This document shows positions 62,133-64,000 of a stretch of DNA of 64,000 bases, one piece after another; the first letter of the stretch is position 1, and every line of letters begins with the position of its first letter. The position numbers and the translations under genes were made by a program. Under the pieces are notes generated by a model. The model searched no databases. It saw only the letters and a list, made by a program, of their open reading frames with translations, and was not told where the DNA came from. The stretch is from Hormiphora californensis (Eukaryota; Animalia; Ctenophora). Location: NCBI GenBank assembly GCA_020137815.1, contig CM035354.1:744001-808000 (forward strand), given 5' to 3'.

Positions 62133-62962
62133 CAGTCGGACCCCGATTTAACGGCCCCCGATTTAGCGGCACCCCGATTTAACGGCAGGATAAATTTCCC
62201 CCAACAATTTTTTGAAATTTTTTTTTTGAAATTTTTTTTGAAAAACCATGTCCGAATCGTGTTTCGAATCGGTGCATCTTATTGAATGTCTTGCCGGTAA
62301 TTAGACGGTTCGAAACGAACAGATTAAATGTGATCCCCATGAGGCCCATCGAATCGCAATTTTGACGCTTGTTAAACTGGCCTCATGGGGATCACGTATC
62401 GGTTCGTTTCGAACCGTCTAATTAGCGACAGGATGTGCGATAAGATGCACTGATTCGAAACACGATTCGGACGTGGTTAATATACCTTTGAAAAATTTTC
62501 ATTACTTTTTTTGCAAAATTTTACAGAATGATTGTCAATGCTTTGATCGGTGCTCCCCAAGAATTTTCAGAGAAAAATATATTTTGAAATTCAAATTCTT
62601 CCTCGCCCCGCTTAAAGTGCCCCGATTCGGCATGGTATCACGTATCGGTTCGTCTAATTAGCAGCAAGACATGCGATAAGATGCACTGATTCGATAAACG
62701 ATTCGGACGTGGTTTTGAAAAATTTTCATAACTTTTTTTGAAATTATTTTGAAATTACTTTCTTTTTCTAATCAGAAATGATCATGTAATCAATACATGG
62801 ACATTGCATTTAATTTTAACACTTAGAGGTGTTTTAGCATAGCATTTTGGACAAGAATAGGGTTTTATGGGCCAAATATGCTCTACCCCGATTTAACGGA
62901 CACCCCGATTTAACGGACAAAACCCTTTCCCCCGAGGGTGCCGTTAAATCGGGGTCCGACTG
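62133..62962. mobile_element. CAGTCGG-family MITE with internal inverted repeats
   Basis: TA|CAGTCGGACCCCGATTTAACGG...CCGTTAAATCGGGGTCCGACTG|TA; partial copies at ~10511-10558 and ~63641-63760. Confidence 0.9.
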
Positions 62963-63207
62963 TATATCTTTATATTGAGCAAGATCTTCAAGATAATGGC
63001 CAGAAAAGATTTATTATTCTTTCTACAATTAATCTCATTTCCACCCAGTCGCACATTGATTGATGGATAAATGAATATATTAGTTATTGGTTGTTTAGGT
63101 CTAGTGATAGCTGATAGAGTTTATTATTATATTTTACAGAATGTTCGTAATATGCCAAGCTCAATCTGGCCTTGCGGGTTAAATAATATAAGTATTATAA
63201 TTAACTA

Positions 63208-63499
63208 CAGTCAAAACTCAATTTACCAGGCGGTATTTCACCTCGATCTGTATGGCGGCGCCATACCCCCATTTGATTCGACAGTGCGCTCAGATGGGGT
63301 CGGCGGCGCCAAACAGACCTCGATATATACCGAGCAACTCATCCCCTGTGAAGCCAATACTCTGATCGCGGTTCTCTCGAATCTGGGTCAGGTCAAAAGC
63401 TCTAACAGCTCTTCCCCCGACGACTGTGGTCAGAGCATTCGCCTGACACGAGGGAGGAGTCTGCTGTCTGGTCCAGACTGGTAAATTGAGCTTTGACTG
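63208..63499. mobile_element. Small TIR element with CAGT ends
   Basis: cagtcaaaactcaatttaccag pairs with ctggtaaattgagctttgactg; TA on the left side. Confidence 0.7.
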
Positions 63500-64000
63500 T
63501 GTACTTACAATTGCGACTCAGTCGACAGTCATGTACATATCATTATTATTATTATTCATAAGTTATTCTAGTACAGTAAAATACACTATTATGATTAGGG
63601 TTCCTAAGAACATATTTCCCCGATAATGATAATGATATTAAGTCGGACCCCGATTTACCGGGATGGTCGTCCGTGCAGTCATGACCATTCCTATATGACC
63701 GCGGTCATATAGGAAATGGATTTGCCCGCTGAATCGGTGCCCCTCTAAATCGGGATACGACCATACAGATATATAAATTATCCCATTTGAGTGGTATTTG
63801 AGTTCTCTCACACCATATACAGAGCAGGAGCAAGATATACCCAATTAGGGACTAATGAGGGACTGCAGCTTATGCGTTACAAGGCCTTGTGGGTTGTTGA
63901 ATTAGTAACCACTAAACAACTTGTTAAATTAAATAGCTGTTAAATGGTTAACAGCTATTTAACTTCAAACTTGCCTCCTCAAGGCGTTATAACACTCAAG

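Noticed and set aside
63071-63484. 137-aa ORF
   Set aside because: Mostly inside a small TIR element; no recognisable domain.

Overview
Compact, intron-rich animal genomic DNA; gene packing, nested intronic genes and MITE load suggest a ctenophore-like invertebrate (inference only). Plus strand: 3' part of an FBF1-like coiled-coil gene (to 4847), then USP22-like (six exons present twice, possibly an assembly artefact), BZW/5MP, a Lines homolog and a ~21-kb NKCC/SLC12A gene. The NKCC gene hosts two antisense intronless genes, a frameshifted papain protease with a C-terminal ShKT-like domain and an SV2/SVOP-like MFS transporter. Minus strand: seven co-oriented, tightly spaced genes (RNF113A, two unrecognised dsRBD-like paralogs, COMMD6-like, a PSAP/PPxY protein, VPS25, SLC25A46). 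Mobile DNA includes Tc1/mariner-type MITEs, Kolobok-type TTAA fold-backs, hAT MITEs, a MULE relic, Helitron2-like elements and LINE fragments. Best leads: operon-like divergent gene trains with acceptor-like sites just before ATGs; intronic minisatellites built from splice signals; the dsRBD-like gene pair; the protease-ShKT fusion; a duplicated NKCC exon altering the kinase-docking motif. Exon boundaries and homologies were read by eye and from memory, so they are approximate.
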